DNA of 64,000 nucleotides from Deltaproteobacteria bacterium (GTDB taxonomy: Bacteria; Myxococcota_A; UBA796; SXON01), in the NCBI GenBank assembly GCA_947490345.1, contig CANLGL010000005.1:50314-114313 (forward strand). The letters are read 5' to 3'. The translations under genes were made by a program, and so were the position numbers. Below the pieces are notes generated by a model. The model ran no database searches, was not told the DNA's origin, and saw only the letters and a program-made list of their open reading frames with translations. Of the stretch, positions 1 to 10,800 are shown one piece after another. How positions within the stretch are numbered: the first letter of the stretch is position 1; every line of letters begins with the position of its first letter.

Positions 1-173
1 GTCACCTTTTCGCCGGAGCTCTCCCGCTTGGCGGCAATCCATGCTTGCAGCTTTTCTGCCCGAACCTCCAACGAGCCGTACACGTGCGGATCGTAGGGGT
101 GGTCCCACACGTTGGCCGCGATCTGACGGTACGTGGACGGGTTGGGGTACCGCGTCAGCTCGATGTTGGGCAT
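1..173 (-). CDS. N-terminal fragment of a 2-oxo acid dehydrogenase acyltransferase catalytic-domain-like protein (gene continues past window start)
   Basis: ATG at 173-171 on the minus strand. My own translation is MPNIELTRYPNPSTYRQIAANVWDHPYDPHVYGSLEVRAEKLQAWIAAKRESSGEKV, and the frame stays open to the window edge. The W..P.DP.vYG...v pattern followed by G.KvT resembles stand-alone E2-catalytic-domain family proteins, from memory only. Confidence 0.4.
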   Translation of the reverse strand, partial: MPNIELTRYPNPSTYRQIAANVWDHPYDPHVYGSLEVRAEKLQAWIAAKRESSGEKV

Positions 174-180
174 CCCGAGA

Positions 181-633
181 TCATAGCACCCGGGCGGCCA
201 GCACCTGGGCCTTGATGTTCTCGGTCATCTTACGGAAACCCGCATCCAGACGCTCTCGCAGGCCCAGGGCCTCCGCGGCGAGGAGCAGGTAGCCGTTCCC
301 GTCGAGGTCGACGTGCAGCGTCACCAGCGTGTTGGTGCTCGGCTTCATCGTCCTGAGGCTGTAGTGGAGCTTCCCGTTGATGTGCCGACCGGACAGGGCC
401 ACGTGGATGCGCCGGCCGCCGTGCTCCTCGTCCAGACGGTCGAAGACGTAAGAGAGAACCCGCGGCCGGGGCCGACTCTTGACGTCGAGCTCGAAGCAGC
501 CCGTCCCGGTTTCGCGCAGGCCATCCCAGGCGCTGTCGACGATGGCGCGGTGGTTCCGGGGTTCACTGAGCCAGGCGAGCACGTCGTCCCGCCGGACACC
601 CTCGATGAGCACGTCGTTGGTGTACACGGACAT
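181..633 (-). CDS. hypothetical protein (possibly SRPBCC-like fold)
   Basis: 150-aa ORF whose stop lies 8 nt upstream of the next minus-strand ATG, an operon-like arrangement. No clear catalytic motif. Confidence 0.55.
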   Translation of the reverse strand: MSVYTNDVLIEGVRRDDVLAWLSEPRNHRAIVDSAWDGLRETGTGCFELDVKSRPRPRVLSYVFDRLDEEHGGRRIHVALSGRHINGKLHYSLRTMKPSTNTLVTLHVDLDGNGYLLLAAEALGLRERLDAGFRKMTENIKAQVLAARVL

Positions 634-678
634 GAAGCCTCCCGCCGGAAGCCCGGCGCCGGCGGGTTATCCCGGCGC

Positions 679-1491
679 ATGGTCCCGTACATCCACATCC
701 CGACGTACCACCTCGGCCCGGTGCCGCTCGATCCGTGGGGGATCCTCGTCACCATCGGCTTTGTCTTGGGCCTGGAGATCGCCCGGGCGCGGGGGTTGGC
801 CAAAGGACTCGACGTCCGCGACATCATCGACGCGTTGGTCTTCATCGTGATGTCGGGCTTCGTGGGCGGACATCTGGTCCACGTGCTGGCGTACCACCCC
901 GAGAAGATCGACGAGGAGGGCTTCGCGGCGATCTACGAGATCTGGGCGGGCTTTTCGAGCTTTGGCGGCTTCCTCGGCGCGGTGATCGGCTCGATCGTGT
1001 TCTTCAAGTTCATCCGCAAGGTCGACTACTGGACCCACGCCGACGTCATCATGTACTCCTTCCCCTTCGCGTGGATCTTCGGCCGCGCCGGCTGCTCGAT
1101 CGTCCACGACCATATCGGGCGGCCGACCGACTTCTTCTTGGCGGTCAACTTCGACCAGATGCGTCAGGGAATGGGCGTCCGCCACGACCTGGGGCTCTAC
1201 GAGTGCCTGTTTGCCATGCTGATCGCGGCGCTCTTCTTCGCGGTCCGAAACAAACCCTGGCCCGCCGGCAGTTTCCTCGCGCTGTGGTGCGTCGTCTACG
1301 CGCCGGTCCGGTTCTTCATGGACTTCCTCAGGCGCACCGACGAAATCGCGGGCTTCCCGACAGCCGATGTTCGATGGAGCGGGCTGACCCCCGCGCAATG
1401 GGGCGCCATCGTCATGTTCGGCGGCGGCCTCGCGATCCTGGCGCGGCTGCGGCGGCTCAAGGCGGAGATTGAGCGGGGGGCGGCAGCGTAG
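679..1491 (+). CDS. lgt: prolipoprotein diacylglyceryl transferase
   Basis: From ATG 679 the product is MVPYIHIPTYHLGPVPLDPWGILV..., a multi-TM protein with the typical Lgt N-terminus and the YGRAGC-like segment FGRAGCSIVHDHIG. The upstream part of the 392-aa ORF is antisense to the neighbouring gene. Confidence 0.9.
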   Translation: MVPYIHIPTYHLGPVPLDPWGILVTIGFVLGLEIARARGLAKGLDVRDIIDALVFIVMSGFVGGHLVHVLAYHPEKIDEEGFAAIYEIWAGFSSFGGFLGAVIGSIVFFKFIRKVDYWTHADVIMYSFPFAWIFGRAGCSIVHDHIGRPTDFFLAVNFDQMRQGMGVRHDLGLYECLFAMLIAALFFAVRNKPWPAGSFLALWCVVYAPVRFFMDFLRRTDEIAGFPTADVRWSGLTPAQWGAIVMFGGGLAILARLRRLKAEIERGAAA

Positions 1492-2194
1492 CCCAGGCCT
1501 GACCCCCCCCGACCCGAAACACCCTTTTTCCCCACGCCTCCAGGCGCTGGACGGTCGCGGCCGCCGCGCCCTCGGGGCCGCCCCACTCCACGCCGATGAA
1601 GTCCAGCGCCGGGGTGCCGTTGGGCAGCTCCCCGAACAGTGCAAACGGGGGCGCCAGCGTGCCCGTGGCCAGTACCTTGACCCAGGCGTCCGCCCCTTCC
1701 CCGACCCCCACCGCCCGGCGCGCCCGCTCGCGCGCACCCACGGGCGCACGCCCCCATGTCGCGATGGTGCCCACGTCCGGAGCGCTGCCACCGTGGCCCT
1801 GGCTGCGTCGTAGGTGTAGGTACGCAATCGCGTGCGCCTCGAGCAGGACTCGCAGCACGGCCTTGCCCTCCCGGTCGTACCATGCGGCCTCCTCGAAGGG
1901 TCCGCGGATCGGCACCCAGCGCCGCACATGCACGCCCGCGCGTTGGGCGACACGATCGACGTAGCAGCCCCACGCCGCCAGAACGTCGGGGTCGAGCCAT
2001 CCATGGCGCTCGATCACCCAGTCGGGGAAACCGCCATCGTGAAGCACGACAAACGGCTCGATGCCGGTGGCGCGCGCTCCCCGCACCGCGGTGATGATCT
2101 CATCCACGGCCCCGTCGTCGTAATCGCCCCGCGTGGGTTCGACCTGCGACCAGCAAAGGGTGACGACTGTGTGTGGGGGCTGCCCCGTTGCCAT
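1457..2194 (-). CDS. glycoside hydrolase family 1-like protein, truncated/divergent
   Basis: WSQVEPTRGDYDDGAVD and GIEPFVVLHDGGFPDWV resemble the central GH1 region. RGP stands where the NEP acid/base motif is expected. There is no ENG nucleophile region. An alternative ATG at 2233 would overlap the pfkA start. Confidence 0.5.
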   Translation of the reverse strand: MATGQPPHTVVTLCWSQVEPTRGDYDDGAVDEIITAVRGARATGIEPFVVLHDGGFPDWVIERHGWLDPDVLAAWGCYVDRVAQRAGVHVRRWVPIRGPFEEAAWYDREGKAVLRVLLEAHAIAYLHLRRSQGHGGSAPDVGTIATWGRAPVGARERARRAVGVGEGADAWVKVLATGTLAPPFALFGELPNGTPALDFIGVEWGGPEGAAAATVQRLEAWGKRVFRVGGGQAWATLPPPAQSPP

Positions 2195-2226
2195 CGCCTC
2201 TGTTACCCGGGCGCGGAGGCTTGAGC

Positions 2227-3264
2227 ATGTCACGGCACGTGGGCATCCTGACCGGCGGCGGCGACGCTCCGGGGCTCAACGCGGTCATCCGCGCGGTGGT
2301 GAAGTACGCCGTGGGCCACAAGGGCTGGCTCTTGACCGGGGTGGAGGACGCCTTCGACGGGCTCATTGCGCGGCCGATGCGCCTGCGTCGGCTGGTCCCG
2401 CGCTCGTGTGGCGGGCTGTTGAGTCGGGGTGGGACGGTGCTCGGCACCACCAACCGGGGCGATCCCTTCAAGTGGAAGGACGGCCGCAATCACGCGCACG
2501 ACGTGCGGGTCGAGCTGGATCGCCTGGGGATGGAGGGGCTCATTGTCATCGGCGGCGACGGCACCATGCGCATCGCCGAAAAGCTCATGCGGGAACACGG
2601 CGTGCCGGTGATCGGCGTGCCCAAGACCATCGACAACGACCTCGGCGCCACCGACCAGACCTTCGGCTTTCAATCGGCGGTCGATTGTGTGACCGACGCG
2701 CTCGACCGACTGCACACCACCGCTGAGAGCCACGACCGCTGCATCGTGGTCGAGGTGATGGGTCGCGACGCAGGCTTCATCGCTTTGCACGGGGGCATCG
2801 CCGGCGGGGCCGATGTCATCTTGATCCCAGAAATTCCGTGGGAGCTGGAGCGCATCCGGGCCAAGCTCGAACAGCGCCGAAACATCGGGCGGCGGTTCTC
2901 CCTCATCGTGGTGTCGGAGTCGGCTCGGCCGGTGGGCGCCGCGACGACCAGCGGGCGCGCCGGCCAGCTCGTGGTGGACGCGCTCGAAGCGGCGGAGCCG
3001 GAGCTCGACATTCGGCTGACCGTGCTCGGCCACCTGCAGCGCGGCGGCTCGCCCGACGCCTATGACCGGGTGTTGGCCACCCGCTTCGGCGTCGCTGCCG
3101 TCGATCTTGCCGCGGCCGATCGCTGGGGCGAGATGGTGGCGCTACGCGACGGAAAGGTAGTCGGTGTGCAACTGACGGAAGCCGTCGGCTATAATCGCAT
3201 CGTCGATGCCCACGGGGAGCTGATCATGACCGCCCGCGCCGTCGGCGTCGAGATGGGCGGGTAG
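2227..3264 (+). CDS. pfkA: ATP-dependent 6-phosphofructokinase
   Basis: MSRHVGILTGGGDAPGLNAVIRAVV, IGGDGT, GVPKTIDNDL and MGRDAGFIAL are hallmark PFK motifs. Confidence 0.9.
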   Translation: MSRHVGILTGGGDAPGLNAVIRAVVKYAVGHKGWLLTGVEDAFDGLIARPMRLRRLVPRSCGGLLSRGGTVLGTTNRGDPFKWKDGRNHAHDVRVELDRLGMEGLIVIGGDGTMRIAEKLMREHGVPVIGVPKTIDNDLGATDQTFGFQSAVDCVTDALDRLHTTAESHDRCIVVEVMGRDAGFIALHGGIAGGADVILIPEIPWELERIRAKLEQRRNIGRRFSLIVVSESARPVGAATTSGRAGQLVVDALEAAEPELDIRLTVLGHLQRGGSPDAYDRVLATRFGVAAVDLAAADRWGEMVALRDGKVVGVQLTEAVGYNRIVDAHGELIMTARAVGVEMGG

Positions 3265-3267
3265 CCG

Positions 3268-4014
3268 CTAGTCGGCTTTGGAGGCGTAGTTGATCGTTTC
3301 GGCGCGATGGTCCAGGAGCTCGACGTAGTCCATCGAGGCCGGACCGGGGTCGGCTGCGTAGGCGGCACGGGCCAGTCGCATCGCTTCGTCCAGGTTTCCC
3401 GCCCGCTCGGCCGCGACGGCGTCGTTGTGGAGCTGGCGCGCGGTGCCGGGCTCGGGGTCGGCGTACACGGTGCGCCGGACGGTCTCGGGCAGGGGCACGA
3501 GGTTCTGGACCAGGCCGTCGGCGACCTCCTCGGCCAACCGGGCGCGAAGCTGCGGTGAAGCCGGGATGTCGACATCCCCGCCATCGATCCACGCGCCCCG
3601 CTGATCGCGCTCGGCCACCGCCGCAAACTTCATCGGCGCCAGGCCGGGCGATTGCACCTCGATTTCCCCGCGCGCCCACCCGTGCAGTCGATACCGCCGC
3701 CGCTCGAAGTACACGCTGTTGGAGTACGTCAGCCCCGGGTAGGTGCCTTCGACATCGACAGCGGTCGTGACCAGGTCGTCGCAGGACGTGACGAACAACC
3801 GCTGCGTTGCATCGGGGCTGACCTCGACCCCTGGGCGCGACTTCAGCGCGTCGATGACTGCCTGTGCCAACGGGCGACAGGCCTGCTCCATTGCCACCAC
3901 GGCAACTCGCGTGGTTGGTGCTGGATAACGAGCGGCATACTCTTCCGTCCAGGAGACCTGGTGGATGCAGCCGAGCGTGAAAAGCAGGACCATCGGATGA
4001 AGCATAGTCGCCAA
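3268..4014 (-). CDS. hypothetical lipoprotein
   Basis: N-terminus MLHPMVLLFTLGC is a signal peptide with a lipobox. Intact 248-aa ORF. Confidence 0.65.
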   Translation of the reverse strand: MATMLHPMVLLFTLGCIHQVSWTEEYAARYPAPTTRVAVVAMEQACRPLAQAVIDALKSRPGVEVSPDATQRLFVTSCDDLVTTAVDVEGTYPGLTYSNSVYFERRRYRLHGWARGEIEVQSPGLAPMKFAAVAERDQRGAWIDGGDVDIPASPQLRARLAEEVADGLVQNLVPLPETVRRTVYADPEPGTARQLHNDAVAAERAGNLDEAMRLARAAYAADPGPASMDYVELLDHRAETINYASKAD

Positions 4015-4057
4015 TCGCCCCGCTGTGGTGCAGAAGCGGTGCAGAGCACCACCCTGG

Positions 4058-5356
<1,299 letters not shown>

Positions 5357-5590
5357 CGGGCTTCCGGGAGGGCGGCGGTCTATGCCGCGGGGTCAATCCC
5401 CACCACCGCCGCGGCGCTCACGGCGGCCATCGAGGTGGCCCGCGCGGCCGGGAATCCAGAGCTCGTGGCGGCTGCGACCCAATCGTTGGCCGACCTCCAA
5501 TAGCGGCACCGAAGCGTCGGTGGCGCCGCGATGCCGGACTGCTCCGGTGAGCCTCGCGCCCTGGCCCGCGGCATCGCCCACCCGCACCCG

Positions 5591-6916
5591 CTACGGCACC
5601 ATCCAACTTCGTAACATCCGCCGCACGTCGGGCATCGGTCCGATCTCCGGAGAACCCCCGGCCTGGGCCCACCCCGCTGAAACCAAGGCCGCGCGCAGTT
5701 CGCGGGGAGTCAGCGGCTCGCCGCGGACGGCGAGGCTGGTGGACTGGAGCACCGCGGCCGCGCCCGCCACGAGGGCCGAGGCGCCGCTGGTGCCCGCGAA
5801 GAAGGAGGTGTACGCCTGGCGAGGGTCGTCCTCCGGGTAGAAGAGGTCGGTGTAGGGCGGCCCGGCGCAGGTGACGATGTCCCCTCCCCACCCCTGGACG
5901 TGCACCGCGGTCCCGTGATTGGAGCCGACCTCAAAGCGCGGCACCCCTTCAAACGACGAGGTGCCGGCGCCGACGCGGATGACGCCAGTGTCGTCGAGGA
6001 AAGCGCCCTCCCACACCGGGTCGTCGAGGTCCACGTCGTCATTGCCGGCGGGTTCGATGACGACGATGCCTGCGGCCGTGGCGATGCGGATGGCATCCCG
6101 GACTGCGGGGTCGTAGCTGGCAGGCATGAACTCCTGGTTCGGGCCGTACACCTGCTGCTCGAGCAGGATCACGTCACCGGCCGAGAGCGCGGCCGCGGCG
6201 TCGACGACGGCGCGGGCAACGTCGTACTCGAAGGCGGCGCCGAGCTCGAAGTAGGGGTGCTGCACGACAACGTCGGCGAGTGGCGCCGCTCCGGTCACGC
6301 CGAAGCCGTTGTCGGCGGCAGCAAGGATACCCAGCACGCCGGTGCCGTGAAAAGCCCAGGTCGCGTCGGCGACACCGCCGAGGGGCTCGACGGCGAGGTC
6401 GCGGAGCTCCTCGTGCGTCGGGTCCCACGCAAACTCGATATCGACGATGGTGACGTTCTCGCCGCGCCCGCCGGGCCATGCCTCGGCGCCGAAAAATCCA
6501 AAGCCGGCCGGGAAAGCGTCGCGCCACGCTTGCTCGAAGGTGGGCGTCTCTGGGGGAATGTCGCCAAGCGGGGGGGGCGCCGGACGCATCGCGACCCAGG
6601 CGCGCTCGATGGTGCCGCGAGCAAGGAGAGAGCGCGCTAACAGCGGTGCGTCGTCGCCGCGGAGGACCCAATGGCGGGCGAGGGCGCCGGCGGCCCCGGG
6701 GAAGCGCGGGGTTGCGCCGGGGGGCTGGGCGTCCGCGACGAGGTGAATGGCCGCGGGTTCGAGGAGGATCACGGCGGCGCCCCCCGCGGGTCGAGTATCC
6801 CCCAAAAAAAGCGCGTCCTCCGGGAGCATGGTGCCCAAAAAGCGCGTCCGCGGCTGCGGCGGCGCCAGGAGGCGACATCGTCCCACGGACGAACCGCCAT
6901 TTTTCGCGCCTGACAC
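5591..6916 (-). CDS. S8 family serine peptidase (subtilase)
   Basis: Asp region VTIVDIEF, His region HGTGVLGILAAADN and Ser region GTSGASALVAGAAA. No obvious signal peptide. Start uncertain; an alternative Met lies at about 6829. Confidence 0.8.
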   Translation of the reverse strand: MSGAKNGGSSVGRCRLLAPPQPRTRFLGTMLPEDALFLGDTRPAGGAAVILLEPAAIHLVADAQPPGATPRFPGAAGALARHWVLRGDDAPLLARSLLARGTIERAWVAMRPAPPPLGDIPPETPTFEQAWRDAFPAGFGFFGAEAWPGGRGENVTIVDIEFAWDPTHEELRDLAVEPLGGVADATWAFHGTGVLGILAAADNGFGVTGAAPLADVVVQHPYFELGAAFEYDVARAVVDAAAALSAGDVILLEQQVYGPNQEFMPASYDPAVRDAIRIATAAGIVVIEPAGNDDVDLDDPVWEGAFLDDTGVIRVGAGTSSFEGVPRFEVGSNHGTAVHVQGWGGDIVTCAGPPYTDLFYPEDDPRQAYTSFFAGTSGASALVAGAAAVLQSTSLAVRGEPLTPRELRAALVSAGWAQAGGSPEIGPMPDVRRMLRSWMVP

Positions 6917-7013
6917 CGACGCGAGGGCGTCCGGCGGGGCCCGGACGCGCGTGTGAGGGGCGATACTCCTTGGGGGCGCGCTTCTGGGGCCGCATAGTCG
7001 GTAGCGAGGGCCG

Positions 7014-7706
7014 TCACCTGGAAGCCCACCACCGGCCGGCAGAGAATGCGTAGCGCCACGGAGGATCGACGCGCTCGGTTGACGGGTGGTCGGGATCGCC
7101 GGGCAGAAGAACGTGAAGGGTGCCGGCGACGTCTAGGAATTTCGGCATGATGGGAGGAGTATGCCGCGGCGCGGCCAGGATCGCCTCTACCGAGCCGTAA
7201 GGGAGCAGCTCCGTCAGCGTGCGCAGGGTGGGCGGCGCCACCGGGAGCTCCCCCCGCTCGGACCGCGCCAGGGCGTCGGCCGGGCGGTACCAGCCACCGC
7301 GACTGGCTTCCTGACCGTCGATCACCGCGACCGCGCCCGGCGGCAGCCGCGCCGCGAAGAACCAGGTGTCGTAGCGACGCGCCTCCACCTCGGGCGTGAC
7401 CCAGTGCGCCCACACCCGCATGCCGCCGAGGTCCCAGGCGTCGCCGTCGCGCAGGGCGACGCCCGCCTCCTCGTGCAGCTCACGAGCCGCCGCCACCCAG
7501 AAGTGCCGAGGCACCCTGGCGAGGTCGCCGCCAACCGCCGCGGCAGAGTCATCGCCCGGATCGACCCGCCCGCCGGGGAACACCCACGCCGAAGCCATGA
7601 AGCCGACGGTGCGCGCGCGCTCCATCAGCCAGACCTCGGGCCCGTCGGCGCTGTCCCGCAAGAGCAGAATCGTCGCGGCGGGGCGGAGCGGCGCGGGCGT
7701 GTCCAT
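7014..7706 (-). CDS. NUDIX hydrolase
   Basis: From ATG 7706 the product is MDTPAPLRPAATILLLRD, with FPGGRV...RELHEEAGV as a Nudix box. The upstream part of the 319-aa ORF is Arg-rich and unlikely to be coding. Confidence 0.8.
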   Translation of the reverse strand: MDTPAPLRPAATILLLRDSADGPEVWLMERARTVGFMASAWVFPGGRVDPGDDSAAAVGGDLARVPRHFWVAAARELHEEAGVALRDGDAWDLGGMRVWAHWVTPEVEARRYDTWFFAARLPPGAVAVIDGQEASRGGWYRPADALARSERGELPVAPPTLRTLTELLPYGSVEAILAAPRHTPPIMPKFLDVAGTLHVLLPGDPDHPSTERVDPPWRYAFSAGRWWASR

Positions 7707-7840
7707 GGCCGAGGGCCTATCCGCGAAGCGCTCGCGCTGTCGTCGGCGCCGCGATGCCCACCGACCCCCCGTGAGCCTCGCGTCCCGGCGTGGGGCATCG
7801 CCCCTCCGGTGCTGGACAAGCCTCCCCCGAAGCGGTACAC

Positions 7841-7852
7841 TTGACGCGTCAA
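7841..7852. promoter_or_regulatory. perfect 12-bp palindrome TTGACGCGTCAA, possible operator or -35-like element
   Basis: Read directly from the sequence, 10 nt upstream of the ATG at 7863. Confidence 0.2.
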
Positions 7853-7862
7853 GGGTCCAATC

Positions 7863-10800
7863 ATGCTGTTGTTGCTCGTCAACTCTCCCGCCTTCGCCTG
7901 GCCCGCCACCGACGATGACTGGACCGCGGTTCAGGTCGGGGGGATCGACGTGGTGGACGTGGTCGACGACCACGACCGCGACGGCCTGGGCTACGACGAC
8001 TCCATCGACTGCGTCGGCGACGCGGCGCTGACCGCGGCGGCCTTGTACTGGAGCACCGACGGCAACGAGCTCTTCGTGCGGATGCGCGTCGACGACGACC
8101 CCTCGGGCAACATTGGGCCCTTCCTACAGGCGGTGGACTGGTCATTCCTGCTCGACACCGATGGGGACGACGCCAACTTCGAGTATGTGCTGGCGCTGAC
8201 AGGCGCCTCGCCGACGGTCTACCTGTACCGGAACAGCGGCGGCGACCCGGGCGTCGATGCAGTGGCGCTGGACCTCGTGGACGTCAACACCAGCCACTAC
8301 CAGGTGGGCGAGGCCGACACCTCGCTGCACACCCTCGGCGACTGGTTCATCGACGTGAGCGTGGACCTGAGCGAACTGCCGGGCTCCTTCTCCAGCCGGT
8401 CCACCTTCCGGCTCGCGGCGGTCACCGGCGCCACCAGCACCCCCATCGGCGCCGACGCGGACCTGTGCGGGTTCGACGACAGCAGCGCCCTCGGCACCCT
8501 GGCCGACGTCTGGAGCGACAGCCTGGGCATCGATCAGGACGGCGACGGTGCCCTGGACCTGGACGAAGACGCCCTCGGCACCGATGCCACCGATGCCGAC
8601 AGCGACGACGACGGCGTCTCCGACGGCGAGGAAATCGGCACCTACGCAAGCGACCCGCTCCGCTGTGACAGCGATGGCGACACGCTCTCCGACGGCCTGG
8701 AGCTGGGGATCGATCTCGCGATGCCCGATACCGACGTCACCGTCGGGTGTTTTGTGGCCGACGTCGACCCGGTCACCACGACCGACCCCAACCGTGACGA
8801 CACCGATGGCGGCACGCTCTTGGATCAGCTCGAAGACCGCAACGCCAACGGCGGCATCGACATGTGGGAGACCGACCCCCAAGACCCCACCGACGACATC
8901 GACGCCGACGAAGACGGGATCTCCGACGCGCTCGAGGGCGCCTGCGGCGGCGACTTCGTCGACGGCGACGCTGACGGGCGCCCCGACGCCGAAGAGGGGC
9001 TCGTGGACAGCGATGGCGACGGCCTCCCCGACTTCTGCGACGACGACGACGACAACGACGGCCTCCCCACTGTGGACGAGGACCCGACCCCCGAGGACGA
9101 CAGCGACGACGACCTTGACGAGGACGCACTGCCCACCTGGCAAGACCCCGACAGCGACAACAACGGCGTGCTCGACGGCGACGAGCCCGAAGGCGACGCT
9201 GACTGCGACGGCATCATCGACGCGTACGACCTCGACGACGAGAGCGGCGACTGCGCTGATCGCGACGGCGACGGGGTCACCAACGGCGACGAGGCCGCCT
9301 GTGGCAGCAACCCCGACGACCCGGACACCGACGCCGATGGGCTCGGGGACGCCGCCGAGAGCTGCGAGGACGACGAGGACTGCGACGAGCTACCGGACCG
9401 CCTCGACGGCGCGAGCGACCCCGAAGGCTGTGCCGACCCGATCGACACCGCGCCGACGGACTCCGGCACCACCTGCGTGGACGGGCTGTGCGGCGGCCAC
9501 TACACCGGCGGCTCGTGCTCGACAGGTGGCGGCGCGACCACGGTGATTGGCGTGCTGGGGGCGGCACTTTTGCTGGTTCGGCGGCGACGGCGCCGCGCGG
9601 CGGTGGGCGTGACGGCGCTGGCGGCGTTGGCGGCGATCCCCTCCCCGGCCGCGGCGGCCGACCCCACGGTCAACGCCCAGCGCTACCAACCGGCGTTCGA
9701 GTCGGCGACGTTCTTCTCGCTCCATGACAGCACCGCCCACGCGCCGGGCTTCGGGCTGGGCCTGGGCGTCAACTACGCCTCGCGACCGCTCCAATACACC
9801 TACGACGACGACAGCGCGCCGCTGGTGCTCCTCGGCTCGGCGGCCACCGTCGATCTGGGCGCGAGCTGGGCGAGCCGTCGCCTTGCTTTTACGCTTGCTC
9901 TTCCCCTCCACAGCGTCGATGGCGACCTGATGGACCCCACCTTCGCGCTCGGCGACCTGCGCCTGGGCGTGCTCGGGGAGATTGTGCGGCGCGACGATGG
10001 CCTCCTTGGCCTGGGCGTCTACGGCGACGTCGGTCTGCCCACGGGTGCTGGCGCGGCCTACGTCGGCACGGGCTCCCCGGAGATCGGCACGGGCCTGAGT
10101 CTCACCGCGGGCAAGGCCGTCGTCGCCGTGGCAAATCTTGGCGTGCACATCGCCTCCCCGGCCACGCTCGGTGAGCTGAGCTGGGGCAGCCGATTCGAGT
10201 GGGGTGCGGGCGTCTCGGTGCCGCTGGGCGAAACCTTCGCCGCGGTGGCGGAGCTGGAGGGTGAGTCGGCGCTCTCCACCAAGGACACCGTCGGGGCCAG
10301 CCCCGTCGAGTGGCGCCTGGGTGGCCGGGCGAAGCTGGGCCCCAACCTCGTCGCCTCGCTCGGCGCCGGCACCGGCCTCGGAACTGGCATCGGCGCTCCG
10401 GAGTTCAGACTGTTGGGTGGGCTCGGATGGCAGCCGCGCGCGGAGGCAGCGCGCATCTCCCACGGCCCTGACCGCGATGGCGATGGCATCGCCGACGGCC
10501 AGGACCTCTGCCCCGACCAGGCCGAAGACCACAACGGCAAAGACGACGCCGATGGCTGCCCCGACGCCGGCATGGTCCCCACCCACCTCGTGGTCACCGA
10601 TGGCGAAGGTCGGCGGCTTGCCGGCGCCTCGGTCGAGCTGACCAGCGGCCCCGAGATTGGTCGCTGGACGCTTCCGGATGGCGAACTCACACGGTCACTT
10701 CCACCCGGTGAATACTCAGCTCGTGTCAGGGCACCCCGCTTTGTCGCGACCGAAGCACGCTTGATAGTTCCGGACGCGCCTCGCCACGAGCAGGCCTTCC

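Noticed and set aside
667-2004. Long antisense or alternative-frame ORFs throughout the window. Examples are 667-2004, 8142-9143, 9390-10586, 16199-17776, 21029-22159, 28159-30075, 34345-36420, 39282-41024, 45674-47053, 47490-48509, 48714-49889 and 53923-54930.
   Set aside because: Their products are Arg/Gly/Pro/Ala-rich without motifs, and each lies opposite or out of frame to a gene with clear family signatures. This is typical stop-codon scarcity in roughly 70% GC DNA.
5357-5590. A 234-bp gap upstream of purB. The plus-strand reading (the end of ORF 4394-5503) gives a protein-like tail, AALTAAIEVARAAGNPELVAAATQSLADLQ.
   Set aside because: That ORF is almost entirely antisense to purB and there is no independent start or RBS. 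It is most simply the purB promoter region.
8548-9546. 332-aa Thr/Pro/Ala-rich ORF in an alternative frame of the thrombospondin-repeat region. Also the [15 protein letters not shown] at 11354-11782, antisense to the DS/DT repeats.
   Set aside because: These are frame-shifted readings of the GAC-rich repeats. The in-frame Asp-rich reading has recognisable Ca-binding repeat structure and continues into known domains.
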